The notes below the pieces were generated by a model. That model worked only from the letters and a program-made list of their open reading frames with translations. It had not been told where the DNA came from and searched no databases. A stretch of 63,337 bases of DNA, counting the filler, from Hyphochytrium catenoides (taxonomy: Eukaryota > Protista > Hyphochytriomycota), in assembly GCA_900088475.1 (NCBI GenBank). It is 10 parts of 10 records of this genome, joined end to end, with 100 filler letters (N's around TTAATTAATTAA, not from the genome) between each part and the next. Parts side by side here need not be neighbours in the genome. Positions count along the whole stretch, not along the records: positions 61,615 to 63,337 come from FLMG01000973.1; 9 more parts are not named here. One strand, written 5' to 3'. Positions 62,850-63,337 of this stretch are shown here, piece by piece (the first letter of the stretch is position 1; every line of letters starts with the position of its first letter). The position numbers were made by a program, and so were the translations under genes.

Positions 62850-63337
62850 CATACCAACCAAGCTTGAGTCGTCCGTTTCTCTCCTCATGGTACACATCCT
62901 TCATCTCCTCGAGCAGTGCACTAGCCAGCCGCCGTGGTCTCTTAAAGATCTCTCTTAAGAGGTCCAAAGGAATCAGCCTGAGCTCTGTCTGCGTCTGCTG
63001 ACTCTGGAAAGCTTGCGGGCTGAATATCGGGAGGAGGACGCTAAGACCCCCTTCTTCGTCTGCTGCTTTTCGGATTCTAGCTCAATCTCGTGGCACTGGT
63101 CCCTCCGTTTGCTGGCCGCGGCTGGGAAGGGTAAAAGCTTGAAAGAGCTCAGGAAGGAACTATGGCGAGCTTGGAAGCTCCCTCATCCCAACTTGTGGCG
63201 GTTCACGAGGTAAAATTTAGAGCATTAGACAAGAAAAAGTGCCTTCTTTGAAGAGGACTAGCCTGACAGAGGACCTCTCTCTTTTGTCTATATTTTGACA
63301 TGCTCTCACGCTTCCTGGGGCTTCTTCTCTCTCTCTC

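Noticed and set aside
62790-63213. Possible coding exon on the minus strand (ELRLIPLDLLREIFKRPRRL...)
   Set aside because: Short, no recognisable homology, and splice boundaries not resolvable.

Overview
Eukaryotic draft-genome sequence from an intron-rich, CT/GA-microsatellite-rich organism. It is probably a flagellated protist; a stramenopile affinity is my impression only. The window is NOT contiguous. Nine 100-nt artificial spacers (44 N + TTAATTAATTAA + 44 N) join ten scaffolds: 1-11714, 11815-13079, 13180-23816, 23917-46450, 46551-48592, 48693-50302, 50403-55963, 56064-59622, 59723-61514 and 61615-63337. Most short ORFs in the supplied track are microsatellite or antisense artefacts. 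Manual splicing recovers these genes: an EF-hand/Sfi1-repeat/WW/IQ coiled-coil gene divergent from LSM4; a METTL21-type methyltransferase; an intronless bacterial-type Ig-Ig-GH114 gene; peroxisomal acyl-CoA oxidase (PTS1 AKL); a SPAG8/CFAP143-like NWE-motif protein; TBCB; a VOC/glyoxalase; a CAMK-like kinase with EF-hand and two C-terminal cNMP-binding-like domains; and an SLC35F transporter. Mobile DNA includes a CRE-like non-LTR remnant, a hAT-like terminus, a Helitron Rep remnant, and a spliced intact fragment of a fungal-type tyrosine-recombinase-like (RecQ/DUF3505-associated) gene. The most notable signals are an apparent U2-type AT-AC intron (12313-12408), the spliced YR-like gene, the probable bacterial HGT of GH114, the kinase architecture, and a 132-bp-arm gapless hairpin beside the Helitron. 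All family assignments are from motif recall; no searches were run.
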